This document shows positions 63,411-64,000 of a DNA stretch of 64,000 bases, in pieces (the stretch's first letter is position 1; the number at the start of each line of letters is the position of its first letter). The notes under the pieces are model-generated. The model did not search any database. It had not been told where the DNA came from and saw only the letters and a list, made by a program, of their open reading frames with translations. The position numbers were made by a program, and so were the translations under genes. The stretch spans positions 6,262,001 through 6,326,000 of the forward strand of contig JAYWIR010000004.1 of the NCBI GenBank assembly GCA_036172245.1, read 5' to 3'. The DNA is from Raillietiella orientalis (taxonomy: Eukaryota).

Positions 63411-64000
63411 AAAGTACAGGACTCTAAAACGGAAGTCTCGTTGCCATTTTAGGATTATTTACTAGGAAGCATAGGTATGAGGTAATCTTGAATGGAATTA
63501 AATCGAGGAACGTTTTGCTCAGAGACACACGAGAAAGATTCCTTCGCTTTCATTTGAAATTCGCTCTTCCAGTGGGAAATATGGAATTTAACCATGCATT
63601 TAAAATGCTATGACAGTCCAATCCATTGGAAAACCTGGATGAATAAATGCCAGATTTTTGGACTTTGTAGGAATTTGAAGTGGAATGCTAGGCTGTCTTC
63701 TGCTTCAGAGGAGTTTCAACATCTTTCAAATGCTCTTATCTTTCAGCGACTCAGTATCTTGGATTGTAAATTTCGAATCATCACTACTTTGCCCAGTCGA
63801 AGAAATTCAGTCGGAAGTCACACTTTCCTAAATCTTGAATTTTATTCCTTCCACTCCACTGTTGAAAATTCCTCCAATGTAGAGGAAAAGAAATAAGGTT
63901 TTCACAAAACCTCCCTTCGACGAGAGAGGATCCTTTATGGTCCCTAAGAGATCGTTTCTCATCGAAGAATTTTACGTCCGTAGAGTTTCTGTTCTCAGAA

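Noticed and set aside
1..64000. CRISPR array, operons or a prokaryotic defence system
   Set aside because: There are no regularly spaced repeats and no ORF over about 215 aa. The only clear gene has spliceosomal introns.

Overview
This window is eukaryotic DNA, most likely from an arthropod: gene-poor, with no long intact ORFs and with canonical GT-AG spliced exons. The only host gene I can support is a dpr (defective proboscis extension response)-family two-Ig-domain cell-surface protein on the + strand. It is reconstructed from four phase-compatible exons (10497-10707, 24562-24689, 28949-29123, 30784-30899). Its 5' exon(s) were not found and probably lie upstream of the window. The introns and downstream 33 kb are full of old, frameshifted transposon relics. 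About 19 fragments (roughly 20 kb by my approximate boundaries) resemble DIRS1-type tyrosine-recombinase retrotransposons (RT, RNase H, methyltransferase-like and YR motifs). There are also relics of LINEs (RTE-, CR1/L2- and NeSL/R2-like), a hAT and a Tc1/mariner. Three 22-26 bp stem-loops and a strong exon-to-exon GC3 contrast deserve a second look. All transposon calls are by-eye motif matches in degenerate frames, so their boundaries are approximate and need HMM confirmation. I found no CRISPR array, rRNA, intact tRNA, operon or clearly new biological system.
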